Shown piece after piece: positions 16,989 to 32,050 of a DNA stretch of 64,000 bases. The notes beneath the pieces were generated by a model. It did no database searches. It was not told the origin of the DNA and saw nothing but the letters and a program-made list of their open reading frames with translations. Source of the DNA: the human T2T-CHM13v2.0 reference genome, Homo sapiens; assembly GCF_009914755.1 (NCBI RefSeq), contig NC_060934.1. One strand, given 5' to 3'. A program made the translations under genes and the position numbers. Positions within the stretch are counted from its first letter, which is position 1; each line of letters opens with the position of its first letter.

Positions 16989-18029
16989 TGTTGACCAAGG
17001 GTTTTTAGATCTGCTCAGCCAACTCTTTTTAATGCCTTGCCTAAAAAGGACTTCTCACCCAGCCCTGCTGCACTAGGATATGGCTGGCTGCCCCAGAGGC
17101 TTTGGACAGACAGTTTTCTGGAGAGAGAAAGGGTGGAGCGGACTTCTCCCTCTCAGCTCAATTCTTCAGGAGTTTGGGGTATCATTTTGTGGCAAGTCTC
17201 TCATATGATGCTCATTTACCAAAAGCAGGTGTTAAAGGAAGAGGGAGAGAGCTTGATTCTGTACAATCTCTTTGAGCCAGTGGAATAGAATGAGGCACTC
17301 TTAAAAAAATGATTTGCATCAGGAAGTATGCGAACTTTCACAGGCCTATGACCGGAAAGAAATTTAAGTTACACCTAAAAAATTGTATGCTTTAAGAAGG
17401 TAAATGGTTTTTCTTTTTCTTTTTTAAAATCTGAAACAATTTTGCATAGAAAATTGCAATCAGCCTAAGGGTTTGTTGCTGTTTTTTTTTTGCCTCACTT
17501 GGCCAGAGAGACTTTATTGCTTCTTTATACGTCAGTTATTCACTGATAGCTTGCTATCTTCATAGCTTCCTCCGATCCAGACCGTGAGGTGGCAGGTGTC
17601 CTGTGAGCCACACTCTGCCTCAGCTGTTTAGAGAATCACTTTGGAGACACCAGTCACCTCTATTCAGTGCTGCTGGCTTAGGGTTGGTGCCACAGGTTCC
17701 CATCCATTGGATTTTGCCTCTCTGTCCCTGGCATGGGCTCTTAGGCTGTCTTTTCAGCTTTTGCCCTTAGTATAATAGCACATGATAGTGTGGAATAGCC
17801 ACAGCCACTCAGATCTGTTTCTTAGACTCCTCTTAATGGCCACAGGGTCAGTTTCACCTCACCCTCAAATCCTAAGCAGGACGCAGATTCCCTGTGTGTC
17901 TCTGGTATCCTGGGCTTCCCCTTGACTAGGAATAGAATTGGGACATTTGCCTACAGCCCTCTTAGGATAACTGTGACTGCTAAGTGAAGACCAGCACTTT
18001 CTGTTAGATTGATGAGATTAAACTTCTTT

Positions 18030-18830
18030 TTTTCCAATTATAAAAGCAATAAATGTGTTTTCTTTACACATACACATACACACACCCCTATGCACAGAAA
18101 CGTATAAAGTTTAAATTTTCAGACCTTCATATTAAGGCTACTAATGATAATTTGTTTGTTGTATGCTGTTCTAAGATTTATTTCAGTACAATAAAAGCAT
18201 CATAAAAAAGAAAAAGATAATGGGATGTACACATACTCTTCTGAAACTTACGTGATTTCCTTCATAGTATATGTTGTATAGATTTAAATGTCAGTATATA
18301 CAGATTTACCTTCTTATTTTGAGCGGCTGTGGCTATTCCACAGAATAATGTGCTATAATTTATTTACTCAGTTTCTTATTGGTAGACTTTGGACTATTTC
18401 AGCCTTTTTTTTTTTTTTTTGGTTTAACAAACAGTACAGTACTACTGAACATCCTTGTGCAAACATTTTTGTGCTTATGTGTATTTCTGTAGAATTGTTG
18501 GGTTAAAGGTACATACCCTTGAAATTTTAACATGCATTGCTAAATTGAGTACCAGTGTAACAGCTTGCAATCTACCCAAAAGTCAGAAAAGTCTTGTTTC
18601 CCCAAACATGTATCAGCCTTAGTATTAGCAAATTTTATAGAGCTGATAGGCAAAAAAATTTGTTTTCATTTGTGTTTCCTTTGTTATTCACAAAACTGAA
18701 CATCTTTTAAAGATGTGTTTTGGTTACCTGTATCTCCTCCTCTGTGAGTTTTCTGTTTGTATTGTTTGTCCATTGAAAAGTTGGACAAATGAACAAAAGT
18801 TGGACAAAGTTGAATTGTCTTTTTAATGAC
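18030..18830 (-). mobile_element. Old L1 (L1ME-like) 3' region
   Basis: Antisense L1M motifs CTGAACATCCTTGTGC, TGCATTGCTAAATTG, CTGAACATCTTTT. Confidence 0.65.
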
Positions 18831-18834
18831 CTGA

Positions 18835-19531
<697 letters not shown>

Positions 19532-19637
19532 CTGCATCTGCTATGTTAAATAAAAATTTCCCCTTTAGTTATCACGTCTCCTGAATTAGTTGAAGCAGGC
19601 GCATGCACTTTGATTGTAATGCAACAATTTGAATTTA

Positions 19638-19978
<341 letters not shown>

Positions 19979-20426
19979 AAATATAAGGATTGTTGGCTTT
20001 GAATGATGTATCTTTAAAGGCTATATGTATGAGTTGAACATGGGCATCCCAGCTCCATAATATCTGGCCACTCTCAGTAAGTCATAATGCCACCACTCAG
20101 CTCCCAAAAGTAGGATAGCTCCATGGCCTTCTTTTCCAGGCAGCCAAAGGTAGAAGGATTGCCTCTGGTCTTTGTAGCCACTGTTAGGCCAGCCAGGGTC
20201 CACCGGTGGAATTTCTAGACTTCTCCAGATGAGATGAGGGAGATTGTTTCCTTAAGGGCTGTAACAATATCTACCTTTTTTGATAGATGCTGAGTTCTGA
20301 CTGGAAACATGAGAAACTGTAACCCTCTTCATCTCTTCTGGGCCAAGGATGTGCCCTTCTCTCTCACTGGGCAGAGTAAGAATGGGAGGTGGCAGTTACA
20401 GTGTATTTTTGCTTTGTTTATGTCTT

Positions 20427-20440
20427 GTGAGTCAGCAAAT
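20427..20440 (+). promoter_or_regulatory. NFE2/NRF2/BACH1-sMAF element (ARE/MARE with AP-1 core)
   Basis: GTGAGTCAGCA matches RTGASTCAGCA, followed by an AT-rich flank; motif only. Confidence 0.35.
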
Positions 20441-20629
20441 CTCAGTCAGAGGAAATAGAAACGGATCTTAGTTACTCCTTTGTAACTAGCAAAATGTCTT
20501 TTAATCAGACTAAGAGACCTCCTCAGGTTCACATTCTCTGCTTTCAGAGTCTTGCTGGCATCTTCTGGGTACTAAGGCACTCAATTTTGGCTATGGACAT
20601 GAAGGTCCATTCCAGAATCATTTAGGTGA

Positions 20630-20958
<329 letters not shown>

Positions 20959-21169
20959 CCTTGAGCCAGTCTTATTTTCTCTACAACTCCAAAATGAAAG
21001 TTCAAGTAAATGTTACTCCCCCTCTACTTCCCTCCTTCCCCTATTCCCTATCCCATGATGAACACAGCAGTTACAGTGATACCTAAGCTGGGTGTTTATT
21101 AGGCTGAGGAATGTATTTGCTTTCATTTGTAATAATAGAGAATCCTGGACGGCTGTTTTTCAGATGTAT

Positions 21170-21400
21170 TCCTAATTGTTTCGTTTCTGGGTGTTATTGT
21201 ATATGGACTTAAAATTTTTCCTTTCCAATTTCTTGTTGCTAGCATCTAGAAATAGAATTGATTTTTGTGTGTTGACTTTGTATCCTGCTGTTTGTCTTAG
21301 TAGCTTTTTGTGTGTGTAGATTCCTTAGACTTTTCTGCGTACATAGTCATACTCTGAACAGAGACATTTTTACTTTTTCCTTTCCAATTTGGATGGAAAG
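21170..21400 (-). mobile_element. L1M ORF2 fragment
   Basis: AATTGATTTTTGTGTGTTGACTTTGTATCCTGC...TCCTTTCCAATTTGGATG. Confidence 0.75.
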
Positions 21401-22069
21401 ATGCCTGCGGCAGGCAGCTAACTTGATGAGTAGCCGCATGGTTTCGATTTGGAATATGCTCACCCCCTTGACTGGGCTGCTTCAGACAGTGAAATCCTTG
21501 TGCAAGCAGTGGTCTTTTTTGCTCTTTGGCTCTGTGCATGCTTTTTGTGCTTTTTATTCCTCCTAGCTGAGCCTTTCCTTCCTAACTTGAGTTTGATTTG
21601 AAAACAGGTTCACTTAGAGAAAGTTTTTAGTGTCTACTTAACTTCTAAGGCATTTTCCTTCTGGCTAAATGACAAATCTGCCATTCCCAAGCCATTGACC
21701 ACCTCACCTTTTCCGTTTTCTTCTTTGGTTCTGTATGAAGCCATTGGAATGATTCCCTCCAGATCCACCAGCCAGTCTGTCCACTGGCTGTTCCCTGATT
21801 TGTGCCAAGAAACTGTTCACCAGCAAGTGATCTGGTGTCCTTGCCAAATGAAGGTCTGGGACTTGTTTTGCCCCCACTGCCCAAAACTTTAAATTTCCTT
21901 TATCAAGTAGCTTCTCATGCTGGGAAAAACCACGGTCGGTCTCTACTGCTCCCTTCCTGCTTCAACTTCTTCAAATTGCTTGATGGTACCTTTGCTGCTT
22001 TATCTTAACCACTTGTACACTTGCATTGTTTAAATATTTTATGCTCTAAGTACCACTTATTCTTTGTAA

Positions 22070-22459
<390 letters not shown>

Positions 22460-22805
22460 TAGCTCCTTTCATTTTTAAAATGAAAGGATAAAATAATATC
22501 CAAGCTCTGTAATAATTCTTAGTTTCCTTTATGGAAATAGTGGTGTAAGATTATTTAAAGCCCGTGGAACTGTTTTTAGCAGATTATAGTGAAAGAACAG
22601 TTTACCATAGCTAGACAGAAGGTATGCCCAAGGGTCAGGATGAAAATGTGCCCAGGGAGGGCCACTTATAAGCACAGGGTAATCCTGGATTTTTGTTGTT
22701 CCTTTTTCACTTTTTTTTTTTACAGTTTGTTTTTGTATTTCCTTGCCTTCAGCACCAGGTTGTTTTCCTTGATTCCTTTTTCTTTTTGGAAAACAGCATG
22801 GATAA

Positions 22806-23163
<358 letters not shown>

Positions 23164-23732
23164 CGAATTTTAACACTACGCTTTTTAGTTATTGATTGTG
23201 GGTCCTTTGGCAAGTTGCTTACCCTTTTTGAGCTTTAATTTTCTCTTTTAAGGATTGCCTTTAAAAATATAAGTATTTATTAGGCATCTAGAATAATGTC
23301 TGGAAGACACTCCAGACATGGAAGTCACTCAATACGTATTACTTTTGATTATTATTGCCTTTATGCCTTTGATTTTCTTTCTCCTATTCTCTTTCTCTAG
23401 TCACTTGCCATTCATTATTAGGCTTGGATGAGGCCATACATTTACGATCTTTGAAAAAGATGGTTTACCTCTTCTTCCCTCTTAATATTACGTCATCAGT
23501 GTGATATATCTGCCAAAAAAAAAAAAAAGCTTCTGTGATCTTAGCCTAAATGACAAAGGGATGAATGTGTCTAGAATTATAGTTGAATGTGCCCAGAATC
23601 ATAGCATCAGAGCCCGAAGGTATTTTAGAGACCAGCTGCAGATGAACTAACTGATGTAGCAAAGATAAGCAATTTGCCCATACCCCACAGAAGAGTATAT
23701 GTGGTCCTGGGATTTTCTTGCTTCAGGAAAGA

Positions 23733-24045
23733 ATTTTTTAAAATTGAGGTGAAATTCACATACCATAAAATTAACCATTTAAAAATGTACAGTCCAGTGG
23801 CATTTAGTGGTTGGCAGTGTTGTGGAGCCATCAACTTTATCTAGTCCCCAAACATTTTCATTGCCCTATACTCATTCAGTAGTCATTCCCCATTCCCGCT
23901 CACCCCCAGCTCCTGATAACTCCAAATCTGCTTTCCCTTTCTGGGTATTTGCCGATTCTGGATATTTTATATAAATGGAATCATACAGTATGTGACATTT
24001 TGTGTCTGGATTCTTTCTCTTAGCATAATGTTTTTAAGGTCCATG
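23733..24045 (-). mobile_element. L1MB 3' UTR
   Basis: TTGAGGTGAAATTCACATACCATAAAATTAACCATTT...ATAAATGGAATCATACAGTATG. Confidence 0.85.
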
Positions 24046-24347
24046 CTCATTATTTAAAAAATTCAAACATTACAGGAAAGTATAATGAAGAAAAGGAAAA
24101 ATACTCTGTAATCCCACGTACCACTGATGACAACTATTGACAGTGTAGTGTGAGTTGCTATTCCTGCTGTCTCCCACATAAAGAGGTTACACTGTTCACA
24201 CCTTTTTCATCAGTTTGTTTTTTTCCCTTAATGCTATATATGAAACATCTTCCTCTGTCAATACATACATATCTCTTCATTCTCTTTAGTGGATTGTATA
24301 ATGTTTCATTACATGATTATACCTTAGGTTGTTTAATAAACCTACTT

Positions 24348-24655
24348 GGCCGGACACTGTGGCTCACGCCTGTAATCCCGGAACTTTGGGAGGCCGAGGC
24401 TGGTGGATCATTTGAGGTCAGGAGTTCAACATCAGCCTGACCAACATGGCAAAACCACGTCTCTACTAAAAATACAAAAATTAGCCAGGTGGTAGTGGCA
24501 CGTGCCTGTAATCCCAGCTACTCGGGAGGCTGAGTCAGGAGAATAGCTTCAGCCTGGGAGGCAGATGTTGCGGTGAGTGGAGATCACTCCACTGCACTCC
24601 AGTTTGGGCAACAGAGTGAGACCCTGTCTGAAACAAACAAACAAGCAAAAAACAA
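24348..24655 (+). mobile_element. AluS
   Basis: TSD AAACCTACT. Confidence 0.95.
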
Positions 24656-25489
24656 ACCTACTGATGGACATCCTCTTCCTCCCCCCTAATTCTGTGCTAA
24701 GTAAAATAGTTTTCATCTTAACCTGCTGAGTGTGAGTTACTTTGAAATTCCAATATTGGAGAAAAATAAACAGGAAAGGCTCCCATTTCTCTGGGATCTG
24801 CTTGGATACACTGGGAAATTCATGCACCAGTAGGCGCTAGATAAGCCTTGAGGTTATTTCTAATTTCAGATTCTTTGATTCTTGGGATTAATACCCAAAT
24901 CATGTAGTGCTGGGGACATAAAGGAAAGTGCTAGGACTAGGAATTAGGCCTGGATTTAGCCTTCATTTTATTAAAGACTAGTTCTGGGTCTTTGGAAGTA
25001 ACTTACCTCTTTAGACTTCAGTTTTCTCATCTGTGAAATGAGGTAAATGGGCTAGCTGGTCACTAGTAGTGTGGACTTCAACTGGAGTCACTGCCCAGTT
25101 TACAGCGAGTCCCCTTTCTGCAGGAACAGCTTGCTTCACAAGCGTGGCACCCCAGTAGCCATGTCTGATTGATCTAGTGGAAGTCATTTGTTACAAGACG
25201 AGTCCATCAAAACTCTTCTCTAGGATTTTTGAGTTTGAACCACAGAGAATATGAGCAGTTCTTCTCTTATGGTGGGAACATGTGAGAAGTGAAACTTGGT
25301 AGCCACTGGTAACCATATCACCAGTTTAGTGAGGCTCTAGTGTAGAGAGGAAAAGTATGGGATTCCCTGTGATATGGGTTAGTGGGGGAGTAATCACATA
25401 AAAGAAGAGCTACCTCTAATGTCATATGGTATCCTGGATTCTTCCCTGGAACAGAAAGAGAACATTAGTAGAAAAACTGATAATCCAAA

Positions 25490-25840
25490 TGTGATGATTA
25501 ATTTTATGTGTCAACTTGACTAGTCCGAGGGGTGCTTAGATATTTGATTAAACCTTATTCTGGGTGTATCTGTGAGGGAATTGCTGGAGGAGATTAACAT
25601 TTGAATTGGTAGACTGAGTGAAGCAGGTTGTTCTTCCTAATATATGTAACCTTAATCTGATATGTTGAACGCCTAAATAGAACAAAAGACAGAGTAAGGG
25701 AGAGTTTCCTCTCTCTGACTGACTGTCTTGAAGCTGGAACATAGGTCTTCTCCTGCCTTCAGACTTGTTCTTAGACTGGAACCGATAGCATGGGATCTAC
25801 TGGGCCTTCAGCTTCCCAAATGCAAATCTTAAGACCTCTT
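25490..25840 (+). mobile_element. MLT2-family ERVL LTR, 3'-truncated at an Alu
   Basis: TGTGATGATTAATTTTATGTGTCAACTTGACT...GAGATTAACATTTGAATTGGTAGACTGAGT. Confidence 0.85.
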
Positions 25841-25841
25841 G

Positions 25842-26128
25842 GGCCAGGCGCGTGGCTCACACCTGTAATCCCAACATTTTAGGAGGCCGAGGCAGGTGGA
25901 TCACCTGAGGTCAGGAGTTCGAGACCAGCCTGGCCAACATGGTGAAACCCCACCTCTACTAAAAATACAATAATTAGCTGGGTGTGGTGTCATATGCCTG
26001 TAGTCACAGCTACTCGTGAGGTTTGAGGTGGGAGAATCACTGGAACTCGGGAGGCAGAGGTTGCAGTGAGCCTAGATCATGACACTGCACTCCAGCCTGG
26101 GCAACAGAGAGAGACTCTGTCTCAAAAG
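25842..26128 (+). mobile_element. AluS
   Basis: Full dimer. Confidence 0.93.
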
Positions 26129-26295
26129 TAGATAAATACATTAATTAATAAAATGAAATAAAAGTTGAGATTATTTTTTAAAAAGATGTGAAAATTTAGG
26201 ACACTACAGAAACATATACAGGAGTGATTTGTACTGTTTTTTCCAACCTTATAACAGCCTGAAATTATTTTAAAAATCCAAATTCAAAAGCTTAC

Positions 26296-28297
26296 AAAAA
26301 GGTGACATCATCAATATGATGGTATAGGCAGTTCCAAACATCTCTCTCTCCAGGAAACATTTTTTAAAAACCAGACACTGTCAAAACCAATGTTGTCAGA
26401 ACTCTGGAAAAGAGTGAAAAAAAATCCAAAGCAATCAAGTGAATGCTGAATGAAGAGAAAGGCAACTTAAAAATGGTAAGAAGAGTGCGTGCGGTGGCTC
26501 ATGCCTATAATCTCAGAGCTTGAGGCGGGAGGATTGACTGGGGCCAGGAGTTTGAGACCAGCCTGGGCAACATAGTGTGACCCCATCTCTACAAAAAGTA
26601 AAAAAAAGTAGCTGGGTGTGGTGGTGCTCCTGTAGTTCTAGCTCAATTTAGCCCAGGAGTTTGAGGTTACAGTGAGCTATGAGGTTGTCACTGCACTCTA
26701 GCTTGGATGACAGAGAGAGGCCCTGTTAAAAAAAAAAAAAAAAAAAAAAAAGGAAATATCTGTGGCATTTTTACTTGCACTTACCCCACCCACTCCCTGG
26801 AGAGATGGCTGTTTGGAAGACAGCAGCCCAAGCTCCCAGTGTGGGACCCTGGCCCTGGTTCTGGAGGAAGCAGGAAGAAACCTTCTTCACAAATTCTTGT
26901 GTCTATCTATTCTACACTGTCTGGAGGCTATGTGAATGAAGGTCTGATGCGAGGTGCTTGTCTCTGTTTCACTGAACTTAGAACTTAGGGCAGAAAAGCA
27001 GTAGGCACTGCTCTCACATTATAAGGTAGACAAAAAACCTGCAGCCACCTGGGACAAAAGATTATGGTTGAGATACACAATACACTGCCCCAAGCCTGGG
27101 AGGAAAAGTTGGGGAGAGACTTTCTTAAGAAAATTAAGGCGCTCAAAAGAGCCAGTGTAAACTGGGGAATTTAGAAAGCCACACACATGCCCAAGATAGG
27201 ACGCATGCTCAGAAAAGCCCTGAGAAACACCTATGCTTTCACCTTCTAGACTTAGCGCAGGCAACAAATAAAGGCTAAGGCAGAGCTGTAAGAAGGCTGG
27301 CTAAGTGTTGAAGGAGAGCCCCAATATGGCCAACCTGCAAAGAATGGGAAAAGTGTTTCTTTGTTGTTGTTGTTGTTGTTTTTTAATCTCCTGGCATCAA
27401 GGGAATCTCTTTGAAAACACTAGCTGAACACAGCTAAAGGAGCAGAGACTTTGGTGACCACACATAAGAATACAGTTTTTGCAAACGTGTTTGGAAAAGT
27501 CGCTAAACAAGTGGATAACTGTAGCCTTCAACAATCAAGAGGAGCAAACCCCTTGGATGGAAGAGAATCTGATTTCTAGAGTTACCACATTATAATATTC
27601 AAATGTCCAATTTTCAACAAAAAAATCACAAAGCATACAAAAAATGAGAAAGTATGGCCTATTCAAAGGAAACAAATAAATGGACAGAAACCATCCATGA
27701 AAAAGACCAGACATTAAAATTAGTAGCCAAAGCCTTTAAATTGATGGTCTTAAATATGCTCATAGAGCTAAAAGAAATCATGTACAAAAAACTAGAGAAA
27801 CCAGGGAAATGATACATGAATACGAAAAGAATATCAATAAAGAGAAGTTATAAAAAGGAAACAAATAGAAATTCCAGAACTGAAAAGTACAACAACTGAA
27901 GTGAAAAATTCACTAGAGGGAACTCAATAGCAAATTTGAGCAGGCATAAGAAAGAATCAGTGAACTTGAAGGTAAGACAACTGAAATGATTCATTCAGAT
28001 CAGTAGAATTGAAAAAAAAAAAAAGAAAAGAAAAGTGAACAGAGCCCAAGGGACTTGTGGGATACCATCCACCTGATCAACATCTGCATTTTGGGAGTCT
28101 CACAAAGAGAAGAGAAAGAAAAAGGGATACAAAGATTACTTAAAGAAATAATAACCAAAAACTTTCCACATTTGATAAAAAGCATGAACCTACACATTCA
28201 AGAAATTCAACAAACTCCAAGTGTGGTAAACTCAAAGAAATCCACACCAAGACATATTAAAATCAAACTGCTGAGAGATGAGAGAGAGGGAGGCAGG

Positions 28298-28336
<39 letters not shown>

Positions 28337-28630
28337 TCCTGAAGGCAGCAAGTGGGAAGAAACATTCAAGTGATTCTCAATAAGATTAATAGCCAATTTC
28401 TCATCAGAAACCATGGACGCCAGAAGGCGGTGGGAAGATATATTTAAAGCACTGAAAGAAAAAAAAATACCTGTGAACCAAGAATTGTTAAGAAATAGAA
28501 ATAACGATCTCTGGTAAAGGTAAGTATGCAAGTAAATATAAAAGTCAGTATTAATGTATTTTTAGTTTGTATCTCCACTTTTTATTTCCTACATGATTTA
28601 AAAGACAAATGCCAAAAAATAATTATTGAT
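26296..28630 (+). mobile_element. Old L1M 5' UTR plus degenerate ORF1
   Basis: ORF 28055-28342 (WDTIHLINICILGV...KEIITKNFPHL...TPRHIKIKL) is L1 ORF1p-like; (GA)n at ~28280-28332. Confidence 0.85.
26485..26751 (+). mobile_element. AluJ within L1M
   Basis: Degenerate dimer with poly(A). Confidence 0.88.
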
Positions 28631-29064
28631 CTATATTGTTGGCATACAAAGTGAAAAAGTCAAGGTGTATAATGGTGTAATTAAACACTATCAGTTTTTG
28701 TAAAAGCAAAAAATGTGTCTATGTACACATAGATCATACACAAATGTATACAAACACATGCCTGTGTGGGCATAGAATATCTCTGGAAGGGTACACAAAA
28801 AAGCTGATAAATTGCTTCCCTTATAAGTTTGAGGGCTGAGTGGACACATTCTCAGCAGTTAATTTTTGTTCTGTGCCTCACATCTGCCTCTCCTTTTATT
28901 TACCCATTTCCCTAAGGCACTATCACTTATTCAGTTGATTATGTCAGAAAAGTAGGAATCAGGTTTGTTCCTTCTCTTTTCTTCACCCCCCACCCATCCA
29001 TTAAATCAACTATCAAATCCAGCTAATTTTACCTGCGAAACATATCTCAACTTTGTCTACTTCT

Positions 29065-29620
29065 ATTGCGGAAGATGTTGGCCATTCCTCAATGTTCGTT
29101 GTTCCTTTCATTCTTAGTTGTAGAACTCCTGATTTTCAGCCAGACCTGCAGTAACCTAGAGTAACCATTTTATTTTCCATCTTTCCTTGCATTTGGATGG
29201 CACCATGTGACTAAGTTCTGTGTGATAAGCTGTAACTAAAAGTGTCACATATAATTTATAGAAATGCTCTTAAAGGGAGGGACATCAGTCATGCTACCAC
29301 TGCAAGAAGTAAAAAAAAAAAAGATTTTTTTTTAAAAAGAGAGAAACATACCTTTTCTCCTCCCTTCCTCATTCATGTTGGCTGGACTGTAAACAAGGTG
29401 GCTGGAATTAGAGCAACTACCTTGGACTGGGAGGTGGAAGTCACATGTTGAGAAATAAGATGGAAGGAATCTGGTCCCTAAGAACGGTGGAGCCACCAAT
29501 CAGATTCTAGGCTGACTATGTACAGGCTTCAATTATATGACAGAGGAATAAATATCTATTTGTCCAAGCCGCTGTAATTTGGAGTTTGCAGTTATGGCTA
29601 CTCCAAATCCCAAATGATAA
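29065..29620 (+). mobile_element. MLT1J-like LTR
   Basis: TTTTCCATCTTTCCTTGC...CATGTGACTAAGTTCTG...AATAAATATCTATTTGTCCAAGCC. Confidence 0.7.
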
Positions 29621-29879
29621 AATGTCTCTGCATTTCAGCATCCAACCACCTGGTCCAAGCCCAGCCCATCTCACTTGAACTGCTGTCTTCTAACTGTTCT
29701 CACCACATCCGGTCCTTGACTTCTCTCCCCATTCAGTTCTTTACATTCCAACCAGAATATTCCTTTAAATATATGTGCAAGATTAAATCACTCCCTTGTT
29801 TAAAATCCTTTAATGAGTTCCCATTAGTTTTATTTTATTTACTTATTTATTTATTTTTGTTGTTTTCTAAAATAATTTT

Positions 29880-30176
29880 TTGGTTTTTTTTTTTGAGACA
29901 GGGTCTTGCTCTGTCACCCAGGCTGGAGTACAGTGGTGTGATCTCAGCTCACTGCACCGTCTGCCCCTGGACTCAGCCAATCCTCCCGCCTCTGCTTCCC
30001 AAGTAGCTGGGACCACAGGCGCACACCACCAGGCTTGGCTATTATTTTGTACTTTTGGTAGTGACGGGGTCTTGCCATATTGCCCAGGCTGGTCTTGAAC
30101 TCCTGAGCTCAAGCAATCCACCCACCTTGGCCTCCCAGAGTGCAGGTATTACAGGCACGAGCCACCGTGCCGGGCC
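29880..30176 (-). mobile_element. AluJ
   Basis: J-type dimer. Confidence 0.92.
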
Positions 30177-30527
30177 ATTGTCATGATTATTAACAGCCTT
30201 TTTCTTCCTTTGGTTTTATTTTCAATACAAGATACTATAGGAAGGTAGGTGTGGGGAATTATCAATTTGGTGAATATTTCAAAACAGATTTGAACAAACT
30301 TAGCACAAGACTCTAAACTTTAAAGATGACTTTCACCGTCTTTTCTACTAATGAACTAAATACAAAGTAAAATCATTTGTTTATACTTTTTTAAGTTTTA
30401 AGGTTACAAAAATATTTCATCAGCCATTCTGTTTCTAGGGGTGGGAACCCTCTAAACTATCTTTGCGATTTTTCTTAAATCTAAAATTATCCTAAAACAA
30501 AAAGTTTATTTTTAAAAAAGGGAGATG

Positions 30528-30728
30528 GGGTCAGGCGCAGTGGCTCATGCCTGTAATCCTAGCACTTTGGGAGGCTGAGGCAGGTGGATCACCTGGGGTC
30601 AGGAGTTCGAGACCAGCCTGGCCAAAATTGTGAAACCTCGTCTCTACTAAATATACAAAAACTAGCCTGGGAGGTGGAGGTTGCAGTGAGCCAAGATCAC
30701 ACCACTGCTCTCCAGCCTGGGCGACAGA
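30528..30728 (+). mobile_element. AluS with internal right-arm deletion, tailless
   Basis: ACTAGCC joined to TGGGAGGTGGAGG; ends at GGGCGACAGA. Confidence 0.9.
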
Positions 30729-30822
30729 TGGGGAGTAGAGGCTACTTCTCTCAAATTTCCAATTTAAATCACAGATGTTTGAGCTCTATTTTGAAGTAAC
30801 TGACTCTGGCTTCCCTGTTGCC

Positions 30823-31219
30823 CTCTCCTCTCCTCTCCTCTCCCCTCCCCTCCCCTCCCCTCCCCTCCCCTCCCTTCCCCTTCCCTCTCCTCCTTCCTTC
30901 CTTCCTCCCTCCCTTCTTTTTCTTTTCTTTTCTTTTTTGAGACAGGGTCCCGCTGTGTCACCCAGGCTGGAGTGCAGTGGTGTAATCCTGGTTCACTGCA
31001 ACCTCCATGTCCCAGGCTTAACAGATCCTCCCACCTCAGCCTCCTGAGTAGCTGGGACCACAGATGTGAGCCACCACATTGGCTAATTTTTTTGTATTTT
31101 TAGTAGAGACAGGGTTTTACCATGTTACCCAGGCCGGTCTCAAACTCTTGAACTCAGGAGATTTGCCCGCCTCGGCCTCCCAAACTGCTGGGATTACAGG
31201 CGTGAGCCATCACCCGGCT
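30823..31219 (-). mobile_element. AluJ/S whose tail became a (CCCCT)n/(CCTT)n tract
   Basis: TSD-like TTCCCTGTTGCC/TTCCTGTTGCC encloses the tract and the Alu. Confidence 0.9.
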
Positions 31220-31816
31220 TCCTGTTGCCTTTCATCACACTCTTAACACCATTACATCAACATCTCAGCTAAAGCTTATTGAAAAGGCACCACTTTGGAG
31301 AATGTGCTCATATAGGAGCATTGTGTATGGCTGTGCAACTTCTGCCTGGCACATAGGCCACATGGGGGTCAATGAGGGCTGAAACCCAGCCTGTGACCCA
31401 TACCAAGCTGCTGTACACTCAGCGGAGAGGAAGAAAGGGCCGTATGTGCCAGGAGCAGACTCATGTTCTCAAGGGAGCAAGGGCTTCTCTTTGCTGTCCC
31501 CAGCCTTGATCCTTGCCACAGGGGAGGAGCCAAAGGAGAGAATGAAGCTTTAACACCTAGAGAGAGGCCAACACTAGTGATGGAGAGAGAAGGATTTCTG
31601 GGTGACATTTGGGTCTGATGTTTCCTCCTATATTAATCAGGAGACCATATCCCTGGCTTTCTTAAGGTTTGGAAGTTCAACTCCTTTCTCAATTATATCC
31701 CCTCTTTTGGCCCCAACTAGTTCAATTGAGTTTCCTTTTCTGGCAGAATATCTTAGGTCTCTTCTAGTTCAGATATACAGTACCACGACTTTAGGATCAG
31801 CTGGGACAGATAGCTA

Positions 31817-32050
31817 CAGTGGCATTCTGGTAAATGTTTTATAATCAGCTGTATGGGAAAAGGGCCTGGGGAGGGATGGAGGGTTGGGGGTGAGGGACTG
31901 GCTTGTAGTATTTACTAATTTCCATGGTATAAATACTACCATTGTGGCTGATTTCAGTCTATCAATGTGGTGTCATTAGACATAGAGCTGGGAAGAATAT
32001 ATGCAATTGGCTCTTGTAAGCCTGTATGAGCTGGCTCCAGTAGACTACTG
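31817..32050. mobile_element. hAT-Blackjack MITE (MER63A-like)
   Basis: Terminal inverted repeats CAGTGGCATTCTGG / CCAGTAGACTACTG; internal TTTCCATGGTATAAATACT. Confidence 0.8.

Noticed and set aside
21400-21560. TGATGA-containing stretch as a possible C/D snoRNA
   Set aside because: No suitably placed D box with a terminal stem.
24825-24840. CTCF-like CACCAGTAGGCGCTAG (and CCGTGAGGTGGCAG at ~17582)
   Set aside because: The first lacks core bases and the second has two core mismatches; too weak to call.
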